A DNA stretch of 64,000 nt, from positions 7,441-71,440 of the forward strand of contig MEXB01000009.1 in the NCBI GenBank assembly GCA_001773575.1, in the 5' to 3' direction. Below are positions 8,232 through 16,779 of the stretch, in pieces; the first letter of the stretch is position 1; the number at the start of each line of letters is the position of its first letter. Source of the stretch: Candidatus Adlerbacteria bacterium RIFOXYC1_FULL_48_26. GTDB taxonomy: Bacteria; Patescibacteriota; Minisyncoccia; Phycocordibacterales; SBAW01. Below the pieces are notes generated by a model that saw only the letters and a list, made by a program, of their open reading frames with translations, was not told where the DNA came from and ran no database searches. The position numbers were made by a program, and so were the translations under genes.

Positions 8232-8644
8232 TGTCCGATAGTTGGGTTTGAACTTCCTGCCCCTGCACCAAGTGCACCGAGCGTGTTGGCAATAATTTGT
8301 CCGAGCACCCATGCGCCTATAAAAATACCGATACCTATAATGGTGTACCAGAGGTTTCTTTTTGCATCCTCCAGCGCCTTGGTGTTACCGCGTGCCCAGA
8401 CCATTTTGAAACCCGCGTACACCAAGAACAATACTGCAACAGGTCCGCCTATTGCAGAGATCGCGTCTAGGAAGAGAGTCAGTGCTTTGCAGATTGAGTC
8501 TGCTTTAAGCGGATTGGTGAAACCTACATAGTTCCCATTGTTATAACCTGAAGAATTACCATTGTTATAACCACCTTGCGCGCTCGCAACCATTGGGAGC
8601 GCGAACAAAAACGCCGCAACGTATATTTTCTTTAGATACTTCAT
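8222..8644 (-). CDS. Secreted small membrane protein, TrbC/VirB2 pilin-like paralog with Gly/Asn-rich insert
   Basis: 140 aa; signal peptide MKYLKKIYVAAFLFALPMVASA|QGG; two hydrophobic helices; tandem with three paralogs. Confidence 0.6.
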   Translation of the reverse strand: MKYLKKIYVAAFLFALPMVASAQGGYNNGNSSGYNNGNYVGFTNPLKADSICKALTLFLDAISAIGGPVAVLFLVYAGFKMVWARGNTKALEDAKRNLWYTIIGIGIFIGAWVLGQIIANTLGALGAGAGSSNPTIGQCR

Positions 8645-9948
8645 TGTAGGATACCGGGCGCAAGCGTTTGCAGTTCATGTGCCGCATCCTGAACAGCAGG
8701 GCCAGCTTGTGACTTGTTGCTTATGACATCGTTGACCATCGTACTAAATATATCATCGGTTTCTGTTGGATTTGGGTCCAACCAACCTCGTGCGATAAGA
8801 GCCGACTGGTAGAAAGTTGCGTACGCTGCGTTACCTGTCGTATCCACAGAAAGATCTAGTCGTACTGGTGCACCGCCGAATATTGGGAAGGCAAGACCGA
8901 TTCCTGTTTGGTTTGTCATCTTCTGTGCGATAGCAAGCGCGCCTTGCTGGTTTTGTGATGTACGAGGGATGGCAAGGCCTGTGAGGGCTCCGTATGTTAC
9001 ATACGTGGTGTTGCTCTGGATTTGTGGAACCGTTGCCACACCAAAACGGAGGTTTGGATTCCTTGTACTGATATCTGCATATTCACTCGCGAAGCCAAGA
9101 TACATTGCCAGCGTTCCTCCAGTAAACGCTTCCTGTGAACGAGGGAGGGCGCGGTTCCATGAATAGTCCGTTTTAGATGGATTGCCGAATTCTGTATAGA
9201 ACTGCAGCGCTGATGATGCAGGATTTTCCGTTGCTCCTGGGCTATTTGCACCAAATACGCTGCGCAAAAGGTCAGTACTGTTGTCACGCACCACAAGCAA
9301 ATCCCCCGCTTGGATAAATAGCATTGAGAGAATTTCTTTCGCGTGGTCAACATTGTTCCAACCACCAAGCGCTATAGCACTTCGTTTAAGGTTCTTAGCG
9401 GGGTCTAATAGGCTAAGTTTTTGTGCCTGTGTAACAACGTCGTTCCAATACTGTGGAGGCTGTGCAATGCCGGCTGTTTGGAATATATCTCTATTCCAGT
9501 ACATCACGAGTGGGTCAATAAGGAACGGGAAGGCCAACGTGCCTTGTGATGTAAGGAAAAGCCGCGCTTCGTCCACATAGGAAGATACAAAAGAAGATTG
9601 GGGCACTATGTTGTATGGAATAGTGTTGATTTTGTCAGCAAAGATTCCTATCTGATCTTGAGAGATAAGAATGATGTCGGGGCCGATGCCGCTGGCCATT
9701 GCGTTAATAACTTCGTTTGTATAGGTGCTTTCACTTTTTTGTACATATGACACAGCCTGGAACGAACGGTCTTGTTGGTTCAAGGCATTAAGAAAATTGA
9801 CCATCTTACCCTGGTCGGCCGTGCCCCACACCACAACGCTTCCTATATTGTTGTTGTTTGCAGTATATAGAGAAAAACTAAGAACACCGAGACCAATAAA
9901 AATGACGAACATCGCCGTAAACACAATTTGAAAGGTTGTCATTTTCAT
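8641..9948 (-). CDS. ABC transporter substrate-binding protein (family 1, sugar-type), membrane anchored
   Basis: 435 aa; N-terminal TM anchor, extracellular solute-binding fold features; start overlaps upstream stop by 4 nt. Confidence 0.7.
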   Translation of the reverse strand: MKMTTFQIVFTAMFVIFIGLGVLSFSLYTANNNNIGSVVVWGTADQGKMVNFLNALNQQDRSFQAVSYVQKSESTYTNEVINAMASGIGPDIILISQDQIGIFADKINTIPYNIVPQSSFVSSYVDEARLFLTSQGTLAFPFLIDPLVMYWNRDIFQTAGIAQPPQYWNDVVTQAQKLSLLDPAKNLKRSAIALGGWNNVDHAKEILSMLFIQAGDLLVVRDNSTDLLRSVFGANSPGATENPASSALQFYTEFGNPSKTDYSWNRALPRSQEAFTGGTLAMYLGFASEYADISTRNPNLRFGVATVPQIQSNTTYVTYGALTGLAIPRTSQNQQGALAIAQKMTNQTGIGLAFPIFGGAPVRLDLSVDTTGNAAYATFYQSALIARGWLDPNPTETDDIFSTMVNDVISNKSQAGPAVQDAAHELQTLAPGILQ

Positions 9949-9954
9949 ATAAAT

Positions 9955-10509
9955 CTATTCTGCAGTCTGAGCCGCCTTTTTGCGAACGATAAATCCCCAG
10001 TGGTATGCGCCTGCGTTTATATCATCTACCCACGCAAGACCTCCCTCTTCAAACATCTGTCGTGCAGCGCGTGCGGTTATGACATGGTCTTTGTGTGGAC
10101 CCATCCCACCAAATGACGCCGACCAGTCTATGATAAGTGCTCGACCACCATTTTTAAGTAATCGTTTTACTTCAGCCACCGCGGCCTGTCTGTTGTGTGA
10201 TGCAAATAGAACATTAGCGAGAATGCAGAGGTCGAATTGTTCAGCGGGTAGATGGCTGCCGCCTGTGTGTTCTATATCGCCGTGAATTACCTCAACATTA
10301 TTGAGGCCTTCTGCGTGCGCTAAATTTTTAAGACGAGGAAGAAGGTCGCGGTGCACATCAACGGCCCACACGACACCGGTCTCGCCCACTATGCGTGCCG
10401 CGGCACGGGTAAAAAATCCTGAACCGCACCCCAGGTCTGCAACTTTCATTCCTTCGTGCAGATGAGTAGCTCCGAGAGCTTCAGTTGGATTCAAAAAACT
10501 AGTTTCCAC
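9955..10509 (-). CDS. Class I SAM-dependent methyltransferase
   Basis: 184 aa; motif I VADLGCGSGFFT, motif II-like DVHRDL... Confidence 0.8.
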   Translation of the reverse strand: METSFLNPTEALGATHLHEGMKVADLGCGSGFFTRAAARIVGETGVVWAVDVHRDLLPRLKNLAHAEGLNNVEVIHGDIEHTGGSHLPAEQFDLCILANVLFASHNRQAAVAEVKRLLKNGGRALIIDWSASFGGMGPHKDHVITARAARQMFEEGGLAWVDDINAGAYHWGFIVRKKAAQTAE

Positions 10510-10624
10510 GCCATATATTGTACAGCAGAAAAAAGCTGCTCCATATGGTTTTTCTACGGTAGGGCTTGCATAATATTAAATAGTGTTGTATACTTATATC
10601 AGACAGAATAAAGGGGATTATCTC

Positions 10625-10879
10625 ATGATTGTTCGTATATGCGTCGAGCGTCCACTCAGCGAAACCGTTCTGGGCACCTTTAAGGAGAGGTTCCCCAACT
10701 ACGACCGGCTCAGCAGTGCGAGACACCCGACAATCGAGTATCTCGAGTTCTCCATCGAAGACAAGAATGCTGGAGAATTCCAGAAAATGCATCGGACCTT
10801 GGACCGACGTGGAGGGAAGATTACGTTCCTCCAAACAAAGACCATGGTGCCCGACACCGAACTTGGAGCCTCACTATGA
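10625..10879 (+). CDS. Small hypothetical protein (paralog A, ~84 aa, predicted alpha/beta)
   Basis: SD AAAGGGG 9 nt before ATG 10625; paralogous to 11423-11695 (KERFPNYD / RKRFPKYE; EYLEFSIEDKNA / HLLEFTVDEKDA). Confidence 0.6.
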   Translation: MIVRICVERPLSETVLGTFKERFPNYDRLSSARHPTIEYLEFSIEDKNAGEFQKMHRTLDRRGGKITFLQTKTMVPDTELGASL

Positions 10880-10898
10880 GGCTCCTTCTCTTTTATTT
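10865..10898 (+). terminator. Rho-independent terminator of paralog A (stop codon inside stem)
   Basis: GGAGCC...GGCTCC hairpin followed by TTCTCTTTTATTT. Confidence 0.6.
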
Positions 10899-11092
10899 AA
10901 CTGCGAGATTCTGCTCCTGGCCCGCCACAGAGTGATGAGCTCTTTCACTATTCAAAATAGACATACCCCAAAACGAGTACGCGAGTACAAAAACGAGCGC
11001 GACCATCGTCGCCCCCATCGCCCCGAGATTGTCCTCCACCTTTTGTCTCATACTATATATAACGCATGAGCGGCGTGTTTATTACATGAATT

Positions 11093-11129
11093 GCGAAAAC
11101 AAAAGAAAACGCTGCCATTACTGGCAGCG
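11093..11129 (-). terminator. Rho-independent terminator for minus-strand 66-aa gene
   Basis: CGCTGCCA-TTAC-TGGCAGCG hairpin; A-run on plus side gives T-run on minus strand. Confidence 0.65.
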
Positions 11130-11318
11130 CAACACTGTTCCATACTCTCCAAGCAGTCGGACCGCTGCATTGATTCCCTTCTCAGTCGTCTCCTGGTGTT
11201 CAAAGACGAAAAGGCGCTCGTTGACCTTAAACTTAAGGTCTATAGGGTAGTTACCCCATCTATAACTGAACTCATCCCGCTTTTCTGTTGAGTGGAAGTC
11301 GATCAGAATTTTACACAT
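11118..11318 (-). CDS. Small hypothetical protein (66 aa)
   Basis: Canonical SD AAGGAGG 7 nt upstream of ATG; own terminator; convergent with paralog A, divergent from paralog B. Confidence 0.5.
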   Translation of the reverse strand: MCKILIDFHSTEKRDEFSYRWGNYPIDLKFKVNERLFVFEHQETTEKGINAAVRLLGEYGTVLRCQ

Positions 11319-11422
11319 TATGTCGCCCTCCTTCTAACTGCCTTGAGGGTACTCCTTCTTAAATTTTTGTCTACTGGGAGAAATAGTGTATATTCGTCTT
11401 CGGCAACCCAGAGGAGTTCCTA

Positions 11423-11695
11423 ATGCCTTCAAACACCCAGTTGATTGCGCGAGTAAAGGTGGACCGCCGGTTCAGCGGCGACATCGCGTGCGAACTTCGG
11501 AAGCGCTTCCCGAAGTATGAAAAGTACGAACGTCTGCCGGCTGCCGGCAAGGACGATGTCACGCACCTCCTGGAGTTCACCGTTGACGAGAAAGACGCCA
11601 AGGTGTTCTTCACCCTCCACCAGCGTATGGGACCCCATCGCGGCGAACTGATGTTCTATCGGCCAGAAGTCATTCCGGAGGCCGTCGCCGCCTGA
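11423..11695 (+). CDS. Small hypothetical protein (paralog B, 90 aa)
   Basis: SD GAGGAG before ATG; paralog of 10625-10879. Confidence 0.6.
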   Translation: MPSNTQLIARVKVDRRFSGDIACELRKRFPKYEKYERLPAAGKDDVTHLLEFTVDEKDAKVFFTLHQRMGPHRGELMFYRPEVIPEAVAA

Positions 11696-11697
11696 CC

Positions 11698-11755
11698 GTC
11701 GAGGACTGTCCTCGACACAGTTTTTTCACTAGCCCTCCGGGGCTAGTTTCTTTTT
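11698..11755 (+). terminator. Two tandem Rho-independent terminators after paralog B
   Basis: GTCGAGGA-CTG-TCCTCGAC + TTTTTT, then CTAGCCC-TCCG-GGGCTAG + TTTCTTTTT. Confidence 0.65.
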
Positions 11756-11861
11756 AAAATACAGTATCTATTGTGAGCAAGGTTCGACCTTGCTCAGGTA
11801 CTACACCACAATTTTTTAACAATATTGGTACCTGACCCCAATTTCGCAATTTTCCAATTTC

Positions 11862-12638
11862 CTAAACCTCCAGATCTTTATCAATCAGTAATAAAAATGA
11901 CAAAGACAATATTGTCTTTGCAAGTTGGCCGGAAACTTCTTCTTCTTTTGGGTGGGCGGAGAATATTCTATAAATATTTAACATCTCCATTAATGGCTTG
12001 TGTTTATCTGGGAGAATTTCTTTAATTTTTTTATATTTTTTATCTTTGTATTCCTCAGGTCTAAAAATCTTGATGATACCGCCCAGCGTTGCCTCCTTAA
12101 AACTTGCTCTGTAAAGCTTTTTATTTGTTCTTTCTAACAATTTATGCAATCTATATTCAACTGCAGAAACAGACATAACAACTGAACTAAGGTAACAGTG
12201 TGCGTTTAGGGCTCGCATTGACTCTTCAAGCCGTACTGCTTCGGTTAGCGCAATAGGTTTTATTCTCTCCAATACTTCTTTATCTAAACGCTTAAGGTGC
12301 GGAAGGAGATAACCGAGATGTTTCTGAAACTGTTTTTTAACCCGATTTGCTTCTGGGTTAACAATACCCCAAAATTGTTGTTCCAATCGATGAATCTGAT
12401 TAGTCGGTACATCTAAATACGAAAGGAGCTCTACATAAAATTTTAAATGACCTCCCAGATGAGAAATCTTTGTCGAATAAGTATGTTGAAAAAAATGTTC
12501 GTCGACTTCTTTCGGATATCTTTTCAAAAAGCTCTCTGCAATTTTTGCAACATGCGGTTCTAAACCTTTTTGTTGTTTTATGAAGTAAATCATCACCTCA
12601 TGTGAGGATGAGATTTTCTTTGAATTACTCTTTTCCAT
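11862..12638 (-). CDS. AT-rich hypothetical alpha-helical protein with C-terminal HEPN-like Rx4H motif (possible Abi-like)
   Basis: 258 aa; very Lys-rich, visibly lower GC than flanks; motif YRIFSAHPKEE (R-x4-H). Confidence 0.5.
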   Translation of the reverse strand: MEKSNSKKISSSHEVMIYFIKQQKGLEPHVAKIAESFLKRYPKEVDEHFFQHTYSTKISHLGGHLKFYVELLSYLDVPTNQIHRLEQQFWGIVNPEANRVKKQFQKHLGYLLPHLKRLDKEVLERIKPIALTEAVRLEESMRALNAHCYLSSVVMSVSAVEYRLHKLLERTNKKLYRASFKEATLGGIIKIFRPEEYKDKKYKKIKEILPDKHKPLMEMLNIYRIFSAHPKEEEVSGQLAKTILSLSFLLLIDKDLEV

Positions 12639-12644
12639 AAAATT

Positions 12645-15119
12645 TTACAGACAAACGAAGCTCGCAATTGCGTCGCCGTCGCGGAGTTTCATGATGCGGA
12701 CGCCTTGAGTACCACGAGAGAGTGATGGAATTTCATTTACACCAGTGCGGATAACTTGGCCTTTCTGTGAGATGACAACCATTTCAGCATCAGAGTCGTC
12801 TGTCTTGCTGATGACACGTGCCGCGATCAATGGGCCGGTCTTTGGAGTTACTTTAACTGTCTTGATACCTGAGCCGCCACGGTTTTGGACTTTATATTCA
12901 TCGGCTGGAGTTGTCTTGCCGTACCCGTTCTTTGAAACTACGAGCACTTCAACATTCTTTGCACCCTTCTGGACAACATCGGCACCGACGATAAAGTCGC
13001 CTGAGCCAAGTTTCATTCCGCGAACGCCACCGGCTGAGCGGCCCATTGGGCGGATGTCACTTTCTTTAAATCGGATTGATTGGCCTTTTGCAGATGAAAG
13101 GAAGATTTCATCGCCCTTCTCTACAAGGAGCGCTGCGATAAGTTCATCACCCTTCTGGAGTTTGATTGCAATAAGGCCACTGCGGCGAACGTCGTGGAAG
13201 GAAGCCGCATCAACTTTCTTAGCAACACCCTGCTTGGTGATCATATAGAGGAATTTCTCTCCCTCTTTTTCTATCTTGCGCATCGGAAGCACTGACGAGA
13301 TTTTTTCTGCATCAGTAATAGAGAGGAAGTTCACAACAGCCTTACCCTTTGTAGAGCGTTTACCTTCTGGGACATCGTACATCTTTATCTGGTACGCCTT
13401 ACCAAGGTCGCTAAAGAAGAGGAGGTCGCTGTGTGTAGATGTTGTAAGGAAGGTCGTTACAAAGTCTTCTTCTTTGGTGTTCAAGTCTATAACTCCAACT
13501 CCCCCACGCTTCTGGCGGCGGAATTCTTCTGGGTTGGTGCGCTTTACATAGCCACCCGCAGTGAGTACAAGCACCTGCTCTTCATCGGTGACCAAGTCTT
13601 CAACATTGATGACACCCGCCGAGCCTTTCATAACTTTAGTTTTGCGGTCATCAGCAAAACGCTTTGCAGCAACAACAATTTCTTCTTTGACGACACCGAG
13701 CATCTTCTTGTCGCTTGCGAGCAAGATGGTCCACTCTTTGATACGTGCCTGCACTTCATCGAGTTCGTTTTCAACTTTCTTGCGTTCCAAGTTCGCCAAA
13801 CGTGAAAGGCGCATTTCCAAAATTGCCTGTGCTTGGATAGATGTGAATTTAAATTTCTTGATGAGGTTTACTTCTGCCTCTCCAACATCCTTCGATGCGC
13901 GGATGATTTTAATAACCTCATCGATATGGTCAAGAGCTTTGGTGAGACCGAGCAAGATGTGCTCGCGTTCCTGCGCCTTCTTAAGATCAAATTCTGTGCG
14001 GCGTTTTACAACTTCGCGGCGGTGTTTAATGAATTCCTGCAAAATGCCTTTGAGAGACATTGTCTGTGGAATACCATCAGCCAAAACCACCATGTTGAAG
14101 TGGAAGGTATCTTCAATGGCCGTGTGCTTGTAGAGGAAGTTCAAAACTTTCTGTGGGTGCGCACCGCCCTTCAAATCAATAACGACACGAATGTCTTTGG
14201 TTGATTCATCGCGAAGACCACGCACTCCTTCAAGTTTTTTATCACGCACCAAGTCTGCAATGCGCATAATAAGGTCAGCCTTGTTTACGCGATATGGAAT
14301 CGACGTGATAACGATTTGGAAATCGCCTTTCTTGTTTTCAACAATTTCTGCATTGCCGCGAACGACAACACCACCCTTACCTGTTGAATATGCGTGCAAC
14401 AAATCTTTCTTGTTGTATGCAACAGCACCCGTTGGAAAGTCTGGGCCTGAAACAAACTCCATCAAATCTTCTGTTGTGGCATCTGGGTTTTCTATCAAAT
14501 GCGTAAGCGCATTCGTTACCTCTGTAAGGTTGTGTGGAGGAATGGACGTTGCCATACCAACGGCAATACCGAGGGTTCCGTTAAGCAAAATGTTTGGAAC
14601 TGTTGCAGGAAGCACTTCTGGTTCCTGTTGAGTTGCGTCGTAGTTGGGGCGCCAATTAACAGTGTCCTTCTCAAGGTCGTTAAGCAAAAGCTCCGACATG
14701 CGCGACATCTTTGCTTCGGTGTAACGCATAGCAGCGGCCGAGTCGCCGTCGATAGAACCGAAGTTTCCTTGGCCAAGGATAAGTGGGTAACGCATTGAGA
14801 AATCCTGCGCCATCTTTACCATCGCGTCATACACAGACGCATCGCCGTGCGGATGGTACTTTCCGAGCACATCTCCAACTACTGCTGCTGATTTGCGGAA
14901 ACGGGCACCAGGAGTAAGACCCATGCGGTGCATGGCATACAAAATGCGGCGGTGTACGGGCTTCAAGCCATCACGAACGTCAGGCAATGCGCGCGACGTG
15001 ATAACGCTCATCGCGTAGTCCAAATACGACTCGCGCATTTCTGTTGAAATATTGCGCGCTACGATGCCTTGTGGATTCTGTTCTGCGCCAGCTGGCGGAT
15101 TTGTTTCTTGTTTTGCCAT
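12645..15119 (-). CDS. gyrA: DNA gyrase subunit A
   Basis: 824 aa; [10 protein letters not shown] active-site Tyr region, [15 protein letters not shown]-terminal beta-pinwheel repeats. Confidence 0.95.
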   Translation of the reverse strand: MAKQETNPPAGAEQNPQGIVARNISTEMRESYLDYAMSVITSRALPDVRDGLKPVHRRILYAMHRMGLTPGARFRKSAAVVGDVLGKYHPHGDASVYDAMVKMAQDFSMRYPLILGQGNFGSIDGDSAAAMRYTEAKMSRMSELLLNDLEKDTVNWRPNYDATQQEPEVLPATVPNILLNGTLGIAVGMATSIPPHNLTEVTNALTHLIENPDATTEDLMEFVSGPDFPTGAVAYNKKDLLHAYSTGKGGVVVRGNAEIVENKKGDFQIVITSIPYRVNKADLIMRIADLVRDKKLEGVRGLRDESTKDIRVVIDLKGGAHPQKVLNFLYKHTAIEDTFHFNMVVLADGIPQTMSLKGILQEFIKHRREVVKRRTEFDLKKAQEREHILLGLTKALDHIDEVIKIIRASKDVGEAEVNLIKKFKFTSIQAQAILEMRLSRLANLERKKVENELDEVQARIKEWTILLASDKKMLGVVKEEIVVAAKRFADDRKTKVMKGSAGVINVEDLVTDEEQVLVLTAGGYVKRTNPEEFRRQKRGGVGVIDLNTKEEDFVTTFLTTSTHSDLLFFSDLGKAYQIKMYDVPEGKRSTKGKAVVNFLSITDAEKISSVLPMRKIEKEGEKFLYMITKQGVAKKVDAASFHDVRRSGLIAIKLQKGDELIAALLVEKGDEIFLSSAKGQSIRFKESDIRPMGRSAGGVRGMKLGSGDFIVGADVVQKGAKNVEVLVVSKNGYGKTTPADEYKVQNRGGSGIKTVKVTPKTGPLIAARVISKTDDSDAEMVVISQKGQVIRTGVNEIPSLSRGTQGVRIMKLRDGDAIASFVCL

Positions 15120-15122
15120 ACC

Positions 15123-15434
15123 TTAATAGTTACTAAACGTAGTAGTTGTTGTACCAACTACCTCAATTCCAGTCTGTGAAGTATCGCCGACGGCACCCGC
15201 TCCTGCAAGCTGTGTCTGTTGATCATTATTTGCAACCTGTCCAGAATTTACCGATGTTCCAAAGCGTACTCCCAACGTCGTTACCCACACTACAAACGCA
15301 AGCGCTGTAAACAGCCCCGCAAATTGCACCGCATGTTGGCGGCGATGATGTGGGGCTTTTGCTTGTACGTGTTTGACGTATTTGTTGTACATAACGCTAT
15401 GCTGTGAGAACCACGATTTCCCCCTCCTTACCAT
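15123..15434 (-). CDS. Small hypothetical membrane protein
   Basis: ORF between gyrA and MBL gene with one TM helix; no SD; weak. Confidence 0.3.
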   Translation of the reverse strand: MVRRGKSWFSQHSVMYNKYVKHVQAKAPHHRRQHAVQFAGLFTALAFVVWVTTLGVRFGTSVNSGQVANNDQQTQLAGAGAVGDTSQTGIEVVGTTTTTFSNY

Positions 15435-16017
15435 CAAGATCTTTTTTCTTAACGGTAAATTTGTCCATTGGCTCTACTTTGTCTACACCCGCTTCCTTCA
15501 AGAACGACTTAAGCGCTGCTGCTTCGTAGTGCATGGGGATGATTACCTTTGGTTCTAGCTGTACAGCGAGCTTGTACGCATCGGCATAGTCGAGAACACC
15601 TTCCCCGCCGATTGGAAGGAAAAGAATGTCTATATTGTCGAGCTCCTGCTTTGCCGCCTGGGGCATCTCTGTCGTGCCAAGTGCGCCAAGGAAGCAGAGG
15701 TTCATGCCCTCAAACGCAATTCCATAAATAGTATTGATGTGTTTTCCACCTCCATAGGTAGACTCAGATCCAAACCCGCGAACTGCGATTTCTTTTACTT
15801 CATATTCGCCAGGGCCAGAGACAACGAAAGGCTCGCGTTCACCAAAAGCAGCATTTTCAACACCGTTAAAGTCTTCGTGGTTCTGGCTTACGAGAACGAT
15901 GTCTGAACCAAATCGTACGCTTTTTTGTTTTGAATCTTTAGAAGGAAGGTTAAACGCGAGGGTAAGCTCTCCCTGCGAAATCTTGAAGCACTGGCCTCCC
16001 ATATAGTTGATAACCAT
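15397..16017 (-). CDS. MBL-fold metallo-hydrolase
   Basis: 206 aa; beta-lactamase-fold hydrolase pattern (VLVSQNHEDF..., IPMHYE). Confidence 0.75.
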   Translation of the reverse strand: MVINYMGGQCFKISQGELTLAFNLPSKDSKQKSVRFGSDIVLVSQNHEDFNGVENAAFGEREPFVVSGPGEYEVKEIAVRGFGSESTYGGGKHINTIYGIAFEGMNLCFLGALGTTEMPQAAKQELDNIDILFLPIGGEGVLDYADAYKLAVQLEPKVIIPMHYEAAALKSFLKEAGVDKVEPMDKFTVKKKDLDGKEGEIVVLTA

Positions 16018-16057
16018 ACCTTCATTTTATCATAATTTGGCTTAAAAAGACACCTAA

Positions 16058-16086
16058 TTGACGCCTAAAATTTGGCACGGTATAGT
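16058..16086 (+). promoter_or_regulatory. Sigma70-like promoter TTGACG-17-TATAGT driving GC-rich islet I
   Basis: Hexamers at 16058-16063 and 16081-16086 with 17-nt spacer. Confidence 0.55.
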
Positions 16087-16120
16087 GTCAGTCCTTAGAT
16101 CTTTCTGGAGCAACGACCAC

Positions 16121-16207
16121 ATGAGCAGCACTCCTCCCGCGCGTCCTCAGCAGCAGGAACGCGAACGCACGAACGACCGTGAACGCCAGCAGCGCGAACA
16201 CGGCTGA
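16121..16207 (+). CDS. 28-aa highly charged peptide ORF (MSSTPPARPQQQERERTNDRERQQREHG); alternatively an sRNA
   Basis: Sits between the promoter and a strong terminator in a ~200-nt transcription unit; weak SD. Confidence 0.3.
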   Translation: MSSTPPARPQQQERERTNDRERQQREHG

Positions 16208-16256
16208 TCTCGCCAGCGGCCGGGGAGTCACGCACCCATGCCAAACGGCCGCTACG

Positions 16257-16297
16257 GGCCCCTCCTGACTTTGTCGGGAGGGGCCTTTTTCTTTTCT
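16257..16297 (+). terminator. Rho-independent terminator (9-bp GC stem + TTTTTCTTTTCT)
   Basis: GGCCCCTCC-loop-GGAGGGGCC followed by T-run. Confidence 0.8.
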
Positions 16298-16322
16298 AGA
16301 TCTAGATATTCACTTCTGCCCC

Positions 16323-16350
16323 TTGCATGAATTCTACACATTGGTAGAGT
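16323..16350 (+). promoter_or_regulatory. Possible promoter TTGCAT-16-TAGAGT for mini-gene P1
   Basis: Hexamers by eye; weaker match. Confidence 0.4.
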
Positions 16351-16395
16351 TTAGGAGTTCGCGGCATTCCGCCGACGGAACAGAAGGAGGCTCTT

Positions 16396-16569
16396 ATGAA
16401 GCACTTCAGTCAGTCCTTTCCGATGCAGAAGAAGCACCTCGGCGCCAACAGCCTCGCCACCGGCAGCTCCCACGGCCTCAGCGCGACCGGCGTGAAGCTC
16501 GATCCGACCATGGCGAACATGACCGACCAGGCCGCCGCCGCCGGCCGTCTCGACGTCGACAAGGGCTGA
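16396..16569 (+). CDS. GC3-rich mini-gene P1 (57 aa, Gly/Ala/Ser-rich, C-terminal Gly)
   Basis: Canonical SD GAAGGAGG 6 nt before ATG; nearly all third codon positions G/C; followed by two hairpins, the second a strong terminator; shorter than the 60-aa ORF-track cutoff. Confidence 0.5.
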   Translation: MKHFSQSFPMQKKHLGANSLATGSSHGLSATGVKLDPTMANMTDQAAAAGRLDVDKG

Positions 16570-16615
16570 ACTGCAGCCGTACCTCTTCAATCCTGGGCTT
16601 CCCCAGGGCCAACCC

Positions 16616-16649
16616 GGGCCTCACAGAAATGTGAGGCCCATTCTTTTTT
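16616..16649 (+). terminator. Rho-independent terminator after P1
   Basis: GGGCCTCAC-AGAAAT-GTGAGGCCC + TTCTTTTTT. Confidence 0.8.
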
Positions 16650-16779
16650 CTATAACGTTGCAAAATAGCCTTATATCCTATATATTCGAGCTAATAGAAA
16701 GCCCAGCTTTTTATTAGCGAGGGTGGAATTAACCTTTCGGATCGGCCCGGAAACCTCCATCTGACAATTACATAATTAT

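Noticed and set aside
12745-14798. Series of 90-190-aa plus-strand ORFs inside gyrA, and similar antisense ORFs inside valS, lepA, murJ, groEL, ftsZ, rnj and the O-antigen ligase gene
   Set aside because: Antisense shadow ORFs within strongly supported genes. They have low-complexity Ser/Arg-rich translations and no start signals.
16323-16663. ORF-track frames in GC-rich islet I (103-aa plus-strand, 79- and 61-aa minus-strand), and similar Arg-rich frames at 43963-44271, 44108-44299, 55302-55679 and 55384-55716
   Set aside because: Arg/Pro-rich low-complexity translations typical of open frames in GC-rich DNA. In each islet a different frame has a canonical SD, start and terminator and was preferred.
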